Source of the DNA: Balanoglossus misakiensis
Taxonomy: Eukaryota > Animalia > Hemichordata
Assembly: GCA_040954595.2 (NCBI GenBank)
Contig: CM082590.2
Span: 2,418,001-2,482,000 of the forward strand
DNA length: 64,000 bases
Direction: 5' to 3'
In this document: positions 30,001-45,000 of the stretch, one piece after another
Layout: each line of letters begins with the position of its first letter
Numbering within the stretch: the stretch's first letter is position 1
The notes under the pieces: model-generated
What the model was told of the DNA's origin: nothing
What the model saw: the letters and a program-made list of their open reading frames with translations, nothing else
Databases searched by the model: none
Position numbers and translations under genes: made by a program

Positions 30001-33000
30001 TACAAAATTCTGTTGTGATGCGCATAATACATAGATAGGCCTATGCGCATAAGAACGTTTTCCACTAGACTCTGTAGATCGACGGATAGTTCTAAAATTT
30101 CCATGGTTGCTTCCAAACAGCCTCGTTTATTTACCGAATTCTCTTGTGAGGCGCAGAACACGTAATAGGCCTATGCGCATAAGAAACTTTTCCACCAGAC
30201 TCGGTAGATCGACAGACAGTTGTAAAATGTCCATGGTTGTTTCCAAACAGCCTCGTTTATTTACCGAATTCTGTTGTGATGCGTAGAACACATACATATG
30301 CCTATGCGCATAAGAAATTTTTCCACTAGACTCCGTAGATCGACGGATAGTTCTAAAATTTCCATGGTTGCTTCCAAACAAAGCATCGTTTGTTTACAAA
30401 ATTCTGTTGTGATGCGCAGAACACATAGAGCGGCCTATGCGCATATGAACGTTTTCCACTAGACTCTGTATATCGACGGATAGTTCTAAAATTTCCATGG
30501 TTGCTTCCAAACACATCCTCGTTTGTTTACAAAATTCTGTTGTGATGCGCATAATACATAGATAGGCCTATGCGCATAAGAACGTTTTCCACTAGACTCT
30601 GTAGATCGACGGATAGTTCTAAAATTTCCATGGTTGCTTCCAAACAGCCTCGTTTATTTACCGAATTCTCTTGTGAGGCGCAGAACACGTAATAGGCCTA
30701 TGCGCATAAGAAACTTTTCCACCAGACTCTGTAGATCGACAGACAGTTGTAAAATTTCCATGGTTGTTTCCAAACAGCCTCGTTTATTTACCGAATTCTG
30801 TTGTGATGCGTAGAACACATACATATGCCTATGCGCATAAGAAATTTTTCCACTAGACTCCGTAGATCGACGGATAGTTCTAAAATTTCCATGGTTGCTT
30901 CCAAACAAAGCATCGTTTGTATACAAAATTCTGTTGTGATGCGCAGAACAAATAGAGAGGCCTATGCGCATAAGAACGTTTTCCACTAGACTCTGTATAT
31001 CGACGGATAGTTCTAAAATTTCCATGGTTGCTTCCAAGCACATCCTCGTTTGTTTACAAAATTATGTTGTGATGCACAGAACACATAGATAGGCCTATGC
31101 GCATTGGAAAGTTTTCCACTAGACTCCGTAGATCGACGGATAGTTCTAAAATTTCCATGGTTGCTTCCAAACACATCCTCGTTTGTTTACAAAATTCTGT
31201 TGTGATGCGCAGAACACATAGATAGGCCTATGCGCATCGGAAAGTTTTCCACTAGACTCCGTAGATGGACGGATAGTTCTAAAATTTCCATGGTTGCTTC
31301 CAAACACATCCTCGTTTGTTTACAAAAATCTGTTGTGATGCGCAGAACACATAGATAGGCCTATGTGCATATGAACGTTTTCCACTATACTCCGTAGATC
31401 GACGGATAGTTCTAAAATTTCCATGGTTGCTTCCAAACAGCCTCGTTTATTTACCGAATTCTGTTGTGAGACGCAGAACACATACATATGCCTATGCGCA
31501 TAAGAAATTTTTCCACTAGACTCCGTAGATCGACGTATAGTTGTAAAATTTACTTTGTTGCTTCCAAATACAGCCTCGTTTATTTAGATAGGCCTATGCG
31601 CATAAGAACGTTTTCCACTAGACTCTGTAGATCGACGGATAGTTGTACAATTTCCATGGTTGCTTCCAAACAGCCTCGTTTATTTACCGAATTCTGTTGT
31701 GAGGCGCAGAGCACGTAATAGGCCTATGCGCATAAGAAAGTTTTCCACCAGACTCTGTAGATCGACGGATAGTTGTAAAATTTCCATGGTTGCTTCCAAA
31801 CAGCCTCGTTTATTTACCGATTTCTGTTGTGATGCGCAGAACACATAGATAGGCATATGTGCATAATAAAGTTTTCCACTAGACTCTGTAGATCGAGAGA
31901 TAGTTCTAAAATTTCCATGGTTGCTTCCAAACACAGCCTCGTTTGTTTACAAAATTCTGTTGTGATGCGCAGAACACATATATAGGCCTATGCGCATAAG
32001 AAAGTTTTCCACTATAGACTCTGTAGATCGAGAGATAGTTCTAAAATGTCCATGGTTGCTTCCAAACACAGCCTCGTTTATTTACCGATTTCTGTTGTGA
32101 TGCGCATAACACATAGATAGGCCTATGCGCATAAGAACGTTTTCCACTAGACTCTGTAGATCGACGGATAGTTGTAAAATTTCCATGGTTGCTTCCAAAC
32201 AGCCTCGTTTATTTACCGAATTCTGTTGTGAGGCGCAGAACACATAGATAGGCATATGTGCATAAGAAAGTTTTCCACTATAGACTCTGTAGATCGAGAG
32301 ATAGTTCTAAAATGTCCATGGTTGCTTCCAAACACAGCCTCGTTTATTTACCGATTTCTGTTGTGATGCGCATAACACATAGATAGGCCTATGCGCATAA
32401 GAACGTTTTCCACTAGACTCTGTAGATCGACGGATAGTTGTACAATTTCCATGGTTGCTTCCAAACAGCATCGTTTATTTACCGAATTCTGTTGTGAGGC
32501 GCAGAACACGTAATAGGTCTATGCGCATAAGGAAGTTTTCCACCAGACTCTGTAGATCGACGGATAGTTGTAAAATTTCAAGATTGCTTCCAAATACAGC
32601 CTCGTTTATTTACCGATTTCTGTTGTGATGCGCGTAGATAGGCCTATGCGCATAAGAACGTTTTCCACTAGACTATGTAGATCGACGGATAGTTGTACAA
32701 TTTCCATGGTTGCTTCCAAACAGCCTCGTTTATTTACCGATTTCTGTTGTGAGGCGCAGAACACGTAATAGGCCTATGCGCATAAGAAAGTTTTCCACCA
32801 GACTCTGTAGATCGACGGATAGTTGTAAAATTTCCATGGTTGCTTCCAAACAGCCTCGTTTATTTACCGATTTCTGTTGTGATGCGCAGAACACATAGAT
32901 AGGCATATGTGCATAATAAAGTTTTCCACTAGACTCTGTAGATCGAGAGATAGTTCTAAAATTTCCATGGTTGCTTCCAAACACAGCCTCGTTTGTTTAC

Positions 33001-36000
33001 AAAATTCTGTTGTGATGCGCAGAACACATATATAGGCCTATGCGCATAATAACGTTTTCCACTAGACTCTGTAGATCGACGGATAGTTGTACAATTTCCA
33101 TGGTTGCTTCCAAACAGCCTCGTTTATTTACCGAATTCTGTTGTGAGGCGCAGAGCACGTAATAGGCCTATGCGCATAAGAAAGTTTTCCACCAGACTCT
33201 GTAGATCGACGGATAGTTGTAAAATTTCCATGGTTGCTTCCAAACAGCCTCGTTTATTTACCGATTTCTGTTGTGATGCGCAGAACACATAGATAGGCAT
33301 ATGTGCATAATAAAGTTTTCCACTAGACTCTGTAGATCGAGAGATAGTTCTAAAATTTCCATGGTTGCTTCCAAACACAGCCTCGTTTGTTTACAAAATT
33401 CTGTTGTGATGCGCAGAACACATATATAGGCCTATGCGCATAATAACGTTTTCCACTAGACTCTGTAGATCGACGGATAGTTGTAAAATTTCCATGGTTG
33501 CTTCCAAACAGCCTCGTTTATTTACCGGATTCTGTTGTGAGGCGCAGAACACATAGATAGGCATATGTGCATAAGAAAGTTTTCCACTATAGACTCTGTA
33601 GATCGAGAGATAGTTCTAAAATGTCCATGGTTGCTTCCAAACACAGCCTCGTTTATTTACCGATTTCTGTTGTGATGCGCATAACACATAAATAGGCCTA
33701 TGCGCATAAGAACGTTTTCCACTAGACTCTGTAGATCGACGGATAGTTGTACAATTTCCATGGTTGCTTCCAAACAGCATCGTTTATTTACCGAATTCTG
33801 TTGTGAGGCGCAGAACACGTAATAGGTCTATGCGCATAAGGAAGTTTTCCACCAGACTCTGTAGATCGACGGATAGTTGTAAAATTTCAAGATTGCTTCC
33901 AAATACAGCCTCGTTTATTTACCGATTTCTGTTGTGATGCGCGTAGATAGGCCTATGCGCATAAGAACGTTTTCCACTAGACTATGTAGATCGACGGATA
34001 GTTGTACAATTTCCATGGTTGCTTCCAAACAGCCTCGTTTATTTACCGATTTCTGTTGTGAGGCGCAGAACACATGATAGGCCTATGCGCATAAGACATT
34101 TTTCCACTAGACTCTGTAGATCGACGGATAGTTCTAAAATTTCCATGGTTGCTTCCAAACAGCCTCGTTTATTTACCGAATTCTGTTGTGAGGCGCAGAG
34201 CACGTAATAGGCCTATGCGCATAAGAAAGTTTTCCACCAGACTCCTTAGATCGACGGATAGTTGTAAAATTTCCATGGTTGTTTCCAAACACAGCCTCGT
34301 TCATTTATAAAATTCTGTTGTGATGCGCTGAACACATACATATGCCTATGCGCATAAGAAAGTTTCCCACTAGACTCTGTAGATCGACGGATAGTTCTAA
34401 AATTTCCATGATTGCTTCCAAACACATCCTCGATTGTTTACAAAATTCTGTTGTGATGCGCAGAACACATATATAGGCCTATGCGCATATGAATGTTTTC
34501 CACTATACTCCGTAGATCGACAGATAGTTCTAAAATTTCCATTGTTGCTTCCAAACAAAGCCTCGTTTGTTTACAAAATTCTGTTGTGATGTGCATAACA
34601 CATGATAGGCCTATGTGCACATGAACGTTTTTCCACTAGACTCTGTAGATCGACGGATAGTTCTAAAATTTACATGGTTGCTTCCAAACAGCCTCGTTTA
34701 TTTACCGATTTCTGTTGTGAGGCGCAGAACACGTAATAGGCCTATGCGCATAAGAATGTTTTCCACCAGACTCTGTAGATCGACGGATAGTTGTAAAATT
34801 TACATGGTTGCTTCCAAATACAGCCTCGTTTATTTACCGATTTCTGTTGTGATGCGCATAATACATAGATAGGCCTATGTGCATAATAAAGTTTTCCACT
34901 AGACTCTGTAGATCGAGAGATAGTTCTAAAATTTCCATGGTTGTTTCCAAACACAGCCTCGTTCATTTACAAAATTCTGTTGTGATGCGCTGAACACATA
35001 CATATGCCTATGCGCATAAGAAAGTTTCCCACTAGACTCTGTAGATCGACGGATAGTTGTACAATTTCCATGGTTGCTTCCAAACAGCATCGTTTATTTA
35101 CCGAATTCTGTTGTGAGGCGCAGAACACGTAATAGGTCTATGCGCATAAGGAAGTTTTCCACCAGACTCTGTAGATCGACGGATAGTTGTAAAATTTCAA
35201 GATTGCTTCCAAATACAGCCTCGTTTATTTACCGATTTCTGTTGTGATGCGCGTAGATAGGCCTATGCGCATAAGAACGTTTTCCACTAGACTATGTAGA
35301 TCGACGGATAGTTGTACAATTTCCATGGTTGCTTCCAAACAGCCTCGTTTATTTACCGATTTCTGTTGTGAGGCGCAGAACACATGATAGGCCTATGCGC
35401 ATAAGACATTTTTCCACTAGACTCTGTAGATCGACGGATAGTTCTAAAATTTCCATGGTTGCTTCCAAACAGCCTCGTTTATTTACCGAATTCTGTTGTG
35501 AGGCGCAGAGCACGTAATAGGCCTATGCGCATAAGAAAGTTTTCCACCAGACTCCTTAGATCGACGGATAGTTGTAAAATTTCCATGGTTGTTTCCAAAC
35601 ACAGCCTCGTTCATTTATAAAATTCTGTTGTGATGCGCTGAACACATACATATGCCTATGCGCATAAGAAAGTTTCCCACTAGACTCTGTAGATCGACGG
35701 ATAGTTCTAAAATTTCCATGATTGCTTCCAAACACATCCTCGATTGTTTACAAAATTCTGTTGTGATGCGCAGAACACATATATAGGCCTATGCGCATAT
35801 GAATGTTTTCCACTATACTCCGTAGATCGACAGATAGTTCTAAAATTTCCATTGTTGCTTCCAAACAAAGCCTCGTTTGTTTACAAAATTCTGTTGTGAT
35901 GTGCATAACACATGATAGGCCTATGTGCACATGAACGTTTTTCCACTAGACTCTGTAGATCGACGGATAGTTCTAAAATTTACATGGTTGCTTCCAAACA

Positions 36001-39000
36001 GCCTCGTTTATTTACCGATTTCTGTTGTGAGGCGCAGAACACGTAATAGGCCTATGCGCATAAGAATGTTTTCCACCAGACTCTGTAGATCGACGGATAG
36101 TTGTAAAATTTACATGGTTGCTTCCAAATACAGCCTCGTTTATTTACCGATTTCTGTTGTGATGCGCATAATACATAGATAGGCCTATGTGCATAATAAA
36201 GTTTTCCACTAGACTCTGTAGATCGAGAGATAGTTCTAAAATTTCCATGGTTGTTTCCAAACACAGCCTCGTTCATTTACAAAATTCTGTTGTGATGCGC
36301 TGAACACATACATATGCCTATGCGCATAAGAAAGTTTCCCACTAGACTCTGTAGATCGACGGATAGTTCTAAAATTTCCATGATTGCTTCCAAACACATC
36401 CTCGATTATTTACAAAATTCTGTTGTGATGCGCAGAACACATATATAGGCCTATGCGCATATGAACGTTTTCCACTATACTCCGTAGATCGACGGATAGT
36501 TCTAAAATTTCCATTGTTGCTTCCAAACAGCCTCGTTTATTTACCGAATTCTGTTGTGAGGCGCAGAACACGTAATAGGCCTATGCGCATAAGAAACTTT
36601 TCAACTTTAGATCGAGAGATAGTTCTAAAATTTCCATGGTTGTTTCCAAACACAGCCTCGTTCATTTACAAAATTCTGTTGTGATGCGCTGAACACATAC
36701 ATATGCCTATGCGCATAAGAAAGTTTCCCACTAGACTCTGTAGATCGACGGATAGTTCTAAAATTTCCATGATTGCTTCCAAACACATCCTCGATTGTTT
36801 ACAAAATTCTGTTGTGATGCGCAGAACACATATATAGGCCTATGCGCATATGAACGTTTTCCACTATACTCCGTAGATCGACAGATAGTTCTAAAATTTC
36901 CAATGTTGCTTCCAAACAAAGCCTCGTTTGTTTACAAAATTATGTTGTGATGTGCATAACACATGATAGGCCTATGCGCATATGAACGTTTTCCACTATA
37001 CACTGTAGATCGAGAGATAGTTCTAAAATTTCCATGGTTGCTTCCAAACAGCCTCGTTTATTTACCGAATTCTGTTGTTAGGCGCAGAACACGTAATAGG
37101 CCTATGCTCATAAGAAAGTTTTCCACCAAACTCTGTAGATCGACGGATAGTTGTAAAATTTACATGGTTGCTTCCAAATACAGCCTCGTTTATTTAGCGA
37201 TTTCTGTTGTGATGCGCATAATACATAGATAGGCAAATGTGCATAATAAAGTTTTCCACTAGACTCTGTAGATCGAGAGATAGTTCTAAAATTTCCATGG
37301 TTGTTTCCAAACACAGCCTCGTTCATTTACAAAATTCTGTTGTGATGCGCTGAACACATACATATGCCTATGCGCATACGAAAGTTTCCCACTAGACTCT
37401 GTAGATCGACGGATAGTTCTAAAATTTCCATGATTGCTTCCAAACACATCCTCGATTGTTTACAAAATTATGTTGTGATGCGCAGAACACATATATAGGC
37501 CTATGCGCATATGAACGTTTTCCACTATACTCTGTAGATCGAGAGATAGTTCTAAAATTTCCACGGTTGCTTCCAAACAAAGCCTCGTTTGTTTACAAAA
37601 TTATGTTGTGATGTGCATAACACATGATAGGCCTATGCGCATATGAACGTTTTCCACTATACACTGTAGATCGAGAGATAGTTCTAAAATTTCCATGGTT
37701 GTTTCCAAACACAGCCTCGTTCATTTACAAAATTCTGTTGTGATGCGCAGAACACATATATAGGCCTATGCGCATATGAACGTTTTCCACTATACTCCGT
37801 AGATCGACAGATAGTTCTAAAATTTCCAATGTTGCTTCCAAACAAAGCCTCGTTTGTTTACAAAATTATGTTGTGATGTGCATAACACATGATAGCATAT
37901 GCGCATATGAACGTTTTCCACTATACTCTGTAGATCGAGAGATAGTTCTAAAATTTCCACGGTTGCTTCCAAACAAAGCCTCGTTTGTTTACAAAATTCT
38001 GTTGTGATGCGCAGAACACATATATTGGCCTATGCGCATATGAACGTTTTCCACTAGACTCTGTATATCGACGGATAGTTGTAAAATTTCCATGGTTGCT
38101 TCCAAACAGCCTCGTTTATTTACCGAATTCTGTTGTGAGGCGCAGAACACATAGATAGGCATATGTGCATAAGAAAGTTTTCCACTATAGACTCTGTAGA
38201 TCGAGAGATAGTTCTAAAATGTCCATGGTTGCTACCAAACACAGCCTCGTTTGTTTACAAAATTCTGTTGTGATGCGCAGAACACATATATAGGCCTATG
38301 CGCATAAGAACGTTTCCACTAGACTCTGTAGATCGACGGATAGCTGTAAAATTTCCATGGTTGCTTCCAAACAGCCTCGTTTATTTACCGATTTCTGTTG
38401 TGATGCGCAGAACACATAGATAGGCATATGTGCATAATAAAGTTTTCCACTAGACTCTGTAGATCGAGAGATAGTTCTAAAATTTCCATGGTTGCTTCCA
38501 AACACAGCCTCGTTTGTTTACAAAATTCTGTTGTGATGCGCAGAACACATATATAGGCCTATGCGCATAATAACGTTTCCACTAGACTCTGTAGATCGAC
38601 GGATAGCTGTAAAATTTCCATGGTTGCTTCCAAACAGCCTCGTTTATTTACCGATTTCTGTTGTGAGGCGCAGAACACATGATAGGCCTATGCGCATGAG
38701 ACATTTTTCCACTAGACTCTGTAGATCGACGGATAGTTGTAAAATTTCATGGTTGCTTCCAAATACAGCCTCGTTTATTTAGCGATTTCTGTTGTGATGC
38801 GCATAACACATAGATAGGCCTATGCGCATAAGAACGTTTTCCACTAGACTTTGTAGATCGACGGATAGTTGTACAATGTCCATGGTTGCTTCCACACAGC
38901 CTCGTTTATTTACCGAATTCTGTTGTGAGGCGCAGAACACGTAATAGGTCTATGCGCATAAGGAAGTTTTCCACCAGACTCTGTAGATCGACGGATAGTT

Positions 39001-42000
39001 GTACAATTTCCATGGTTGCTTCCAAACAGCCTCGTTTATTTACCGATTTCTGTTGTGAGGCACAGAACACATGATAGGCCTATGCGCATAAGACATTTTT
39101 CCACTAGACTCTGTAGATCGACGGATAGTTCTAAAATTTCCATGGTTGCTTCCAAACAGCCTCGTTTATTTACCGAATTCTGTTGTGAGGCGCAGAGCAC
39201 GTAATAGGCCTATGCGCATAAGAAAGTTTTCCACCAGACTCTGTAGATCGACGGATAGTTGTACAATTTCCATGGTTGCTTCCAAACAGCCTCGTTTATT
39301 TACCGATTTCTGTTGTGATGCGCAGAACACATAGATAGGCATAATTGCATAATAAAGTTTTCCACTAGACTCTGTAGATCGAGAGATAGTTCTAAAATTT
39401 CCATGGTTGCTTCCAAACACAGCCTCGTTTGTTTACAAAATTCTGTTGTGATGCGCAGAACACATATATAGGCCTATGCGCATAATAACGTTTTCCACTA
39501 GACTCTGTAGATCGACGGATAGTTGTAAAATTTCCATGGTTGCTTCCAAACAGCCTCGTTTATTTACCGAATTCTGTTGTGAGGCGCAGAACACATAGAT
39601 AGGCATATGTGCATAAGAAAGTTTTCCACTATAGACTCTGTAGATCGAGAGATAGTTCTAAAATGTCCATGGTTGCTTCCAAACACAGCCTCGTTTGTTT
39701 ACAAAATTCTGTTGTGATACGCAGAACACATATATAGGCCTATGCGCATAAGAACGTTTCCACTAGACTCTGTAGATCGACGGATAGCTGTAAAATTTCC
39801 ATGGTTGCTTTTAAACAGCCTCGCTTATTTACCGATTTCTGTTGTGAGGCGCAGAACACATAGATAGGCCTATGTGCATAAGAAAGTTTTCCACTATAGA
39901 CTCTGTAGATCGAGAGATAGTTCTAAAATGTCCATGGTTGCTTCCAAACACAGCCTCGTTTATTTACCGATTTCTGTTGTGATGCGCATAACACATAGAT
40001 AGGCCTATGCGCAAATGAACGTTTTCCACTATACTCTGTAGATCAAGAGATAGTTCTAAAATTTCCATGGTTGCTTCCAAACTCCGCTTCGTTTGTTTAC
40101 AAAATTCTGTTGTGATGCGCATAACACATAGATAGGCCTATGCGCATATGAACGTTTTCCACTATACTCTGTAGATCGACAGATAGTTCTAAAATTTCCA
40201 TGTTTGCTTCCAAACAGCCTCGTTTATTTACGGAATTCTGTTGTGAGGCGCATAACACATAGATAGGCCTATGCGCATATGAAAGTTTTCCACTATACTC
40301 TGTAGATCGAGAGATAGTTCTAAAATTTCCACGGTTGCTTCCAAACAGCCTCGTTTATTTACGGAATTCTGTTGTGAGGCGCAGAACACATGATAGGCCT
40401 ATGCGCATAAGACATTTTTCCAATAGACTCTGTAGATCGACGGATAGTTCTAAAATTTCCATGGTTGCTTCCAAACAGCCTCGTTTATTTACCGAATTCT
40501 GTTGTTAGGCGCAGAACACGTAATAGGCCTATGCGCATAAGAAAGTTTTCCACCAGACTCTCTAGATCGACGGATAGTTGTAAAATTTACATGGTTGCTT
40601 CCAAATACAGCCTCGTTTATTTAGCGGTTTCTGTTGTGATGCGCATAATACATAGATAGGCCTATGCGCATAAGAACGTTTTCGACTAGACTCTGTAGAT
40701 CGACGGATAGTTCTAAAATTTCCATGGTTGCTTCCAAACAGCCTCGTTTATTTACCGAATTCTGTTGTGAGGCGCAGAACACGTAATAGGCCTATGCGCA
40801 TAAGAAACTTTTCCACCAGACTCTGTAGATCGACGGATAGTTGTAAAATTTCCATGGTTGTTTCCAAACAGCCTCGTTTATTTACCGAATTCTGTTGTGA
40901 TGCGTAGATCACATACATATGCCTTTGCGCATAAGAAAGTTTTCCACCAGACTCTGTAGATCGACGGATAGTTGTAAAATTTACATGGTTGCTTCCAAAT
41001 ACAGCCTCGTTTATTTAGCGGTTTCTGTTGTGATGCGCATAATACATAGATAGGCCTATGCGCATAAGAACGTTTTCGACTAGACTCTGTAGATCGACGG
41101 ATAGTTCTAAAATTTCCATGGTTGCTTCCAAACAGCCTCGTTTATTTACCGAATTCTGTTGTGAGGCGCAGAACACGTAATAGGCCTATGCGCAAAAGAA
41201 ACTTTTCCACCAGACTCTGTAGATCGACGGATAGTTGTAAAATTTCCATGGTTGTTTCCAAACAGCCTCGTTTAATTACCGAAGTCTGTTGTGATGCGTA
41301 GAACACATACATATGCCTTTGCGCATAAGAAATTTTTCTACTAGACTCCGTAGATCGACGGATAGTTCTAAAATTTCCATGGTTGCTTCCAAACAAAGCA
41401 TCGTTTGTTTACAAAATTCTGTTGTGATGCGCAGAACACATAGAGAGGCCTATGCGCATAAGAAAGTTTTCCACTAGACTCTGTATATCGACGGATAGTT
41501 CTAAAATTTCCATGGTTGCTTCCAAACACATCCTCGTTTGTTTACAAAATTATGTTGTGATGCGCATAATACATAGATAGGCCTATGCGCATAAGAACGT
41601 TTTCCAGTAGACTCTGTAGATCGACGGATAGTTCTAAAATTTCCATGGTTGCTTCCAAACAGCCTCGTTTATTTACCGAATTCTGTTGTGATGCGTAGAA
41701 TACATACATATGCCTATGCGCATAAGAAATTTTACCACTAGACTCCGTAGATCGACGGATAGTTCTAAAATTTCCATGGTTGCTTCCAAACAAAGCATCG
41801 TTTGTTTACAAAATTCTGTTGTGATGCGCAGAACACATAGATAGGCCTATGCGCATATGAACGTTTTCCACTATACTCTGTAGATCGACGGATAGTTCTA
41901 AAATTTCCATGGTTGCTTCCAAACAGCCTCGTTTATTTACAGAATTCTGTTGTGAGGCGCAGAACACATGATAGGCCTATGCGCATAAGACATTTTTCCA

Positions 42001-45000
42001 ATAGACTCTGTAGATCGACGGATAGTTCTAAAATTTCCATGGTTGCTTCCAAACAGCCTCGTTTATTTACCGAATTCTGTTGTTAGGCGCAGAACACGTA
42101 ATAGGCCTATGCGCATAAGAAAGTTTTCCACCAGACTCTCTAGATCGACGGATAGTTGTAAAATTTACATGGTTGCTTCCAAATACAGCCTCGTTTATTT
42201 AGCGGTTTCTGTTGTGATGCGCATAATACATAGATAGGCCTATGCGCATAAGAACGTTTTCGACTAGACTCTGTAGATCGACGGATAGTTCTAAAATTTC
42301 CATGGTTGCTTCCAAACAGCCTCGTTTATTTACCGAATTCTGTTGTGAGGCGCAGAACACGTAATAGGCCTATGCGCATAAGAAACTTTTCCACCAGACT
42401 CTGTAGATCGACGGATAGTTGTAAAATTTCCATGGTTGTTTCCAAACAGCCTCGTTTATTTACCGAATTCTGTTGTGATGCGTAGATCACATACATATGC
42501 CTTTGCGCATAAGAAAGTTTTCCACCAGACTCTGTAGATCGACGGATAGTTGTAAAATTTACATGGTTGCTTCCAAATACAGCCTCGTTTATTTAGCGGT
42601 TTCTGTTGTGATGCGCATAATACATAGATAGGCCTATGCGCATAAGAACGTTTTCGACTAGACTCTGTAGATCGACGGATAGTTCTAAAATTTCCATGGT
42701 TGCTTCCAAACAGCCTCGTTTATTTACCGAATTCTGTTGTGAGGCGCAGAACACGTAATAGGCCTATGCGCAAAAGAAACTTTTCCACCAGACTCTGTAG
42801 ATCGACGGATAGTTGTAAAATTTCCATGGTTGTTTCCAAACAGCCTCGTTTAATTACCGAAGTCTGTTGTGATGCGTAGAACACATACATATGCCTTTGC
42901 GCATAAGAAATTTTTCTACTAGACTCCGTAGATCGACGGATAGTTCTAAAATTTCCATGGTTGCTTCCAAACAAAGCATCGTTTGTTTACAAAATTCTGT
43001 TGTGATGCGCAGAACACATAGAGAGGCCTATGCGCATAAGAAAGTTTTCCACTAGACTCTGTATATCGACGGATAGTTCTAAAATTTCCATGGTTGCTTC
43101 CAAACACATCCTCGTTTGTTTACAAAATTATGTTGTGATGCGCATAATACATAGATAGGCCTATGCGCATAAGAACGTTTTCCAGTAGACTCTGTAGATC
43201 GACGGATAGTTCTAAAATTTCCATGGTTGCTTCCAAACAGCCTCGTTTATTTACCGAATTCTGTTGTGATGCGTAGAATACATACATATGCCTATGCGCA
43301 TAAGAAATTTTACCACTAGACTCCGTAGATCGACGGATAGTTCTAAAATTTCCATGGTTGCTTCCAAACAAAGCATCGTTTGTTTACAAAATTCTGTTGT
43401 GATGCGCAGAACACATAGATAGGCCTATGCGCATATGAACGTTTTCCACTATACTCTGTAGATCGACGGATAGTTCTAAAATTTCCATGGTTGCTTCCAA
43501 ACAGCCTCGTTTATTTACAGAATTCTGTTGTGAGACGCAGAACACATACATATGCCTATGCGCATAAGAAATTTTTCCACTAGACTCCGTAGATCGACGG
43601 ATAGTTGTAAAATTTACATGGTTGCTTCCAAATACAGCCTCGTTTATTAAGCGATTTCTGTTGTGATGCGCATAATACATAGATAGGCCTATGCGCATAA
43701 GAACGTTTTTCACTAGACTCTGTAGATCGACGGATAGTTCTAAAATTTCCATGGTTGCTTCCAAACAGCCTCGTTTATTTACCGAATTCTGTTGTGAGGC
43801 GCAGAACACGTAATAGGCCTATGCGCATAAGAGACTTTTCCACCAGACTCTGTAGATCGACGGATAGTTGTAAAATTTCCATGGTTGTTTCCAAACAGCC
43901 TCGTTTATTTACCGAATTCTGTTGTGATGCGTAGAACACATACATATGCCTATGCGCATAAGAAAGTTTTCCACTAGACTCCGTAGATCGACGGATAGTT
44001 CTAAAATTTCCATGGTTGCTTCCAAACAAAGCATCGTTTGTTTACAAAATTCTGTTGTGATGCGCAGAACACATAGAGAGGCCTATGCGCATATGAACGT
44101 TTTCCACTAGACTCTGTATATCGACGGATAGTTCTAAAATTTCCATGGTTGCTTCCAAACACATCCTCGTTTGTTTACAAAATTCTGTTGTGATGCGCAT
44201 AATACATAGATAGGCCTATGCGCATAAGAACGTTTTCCACTAGACTCTGTAGATCGACGGATAGTTCTAAAATTTCCATGGTTGCTTCCAAACAGCCTCG
44301 TTTATTTACCGAATTCTCTTGTGAGGCGCAGAACACGTAATAGGCCTATGCGCATAAGAAACTTTTCCACCAGACTCGGTAGATCGACAGACAGTTGTAA
44401 AATTTCCATGGTTGTTTCCAAACAGCCTCGTTTATTTACCGAATTCTGTTGTGATGCGTAGAATACATACATATGCCTATGCGCATAAGAAATTTTACCA
44501 CTAGACTCCGTAGATCGACGGATAGTTCTAAAATTTCCATGGTTGCTTCCAAACAAAGCATCGTTTGTTTACAAAATTCTGTTGTGATGCGCAGAACACA
44601 TAGATAGGCCTATGCGCATATGAACGTTTTCCACTATACTCTGTAGATCGACGGATAGTTCTAAAATTTCCATGGTTGCTTCCAAACAGCCTCGTTTATT
44701 TACAGAATTCTGTTGTGAGACGCAGAACACATACATATGCCTATGCGCATAAGAAATTTTTCCACTAGACTCCGTAGATCGACGGATAGTTGTAAAATTT
44801 ACATGGTTGCTTCCAAATACAGCCTCGTTTATTAAGCGATTTCTGTTGTGATGCGCATAATACATAGATAGGCCTATGCGCATAAGAACGTTTTTCACTA
44901 GACTCTGTAGATCGACGGATAGTTCTAAAATTTCCATGGTTGCTTCCAAACAGCCTCGTTTATTTACCGAATTCTGTTGTGAGGCGCAGAACACGTAATA

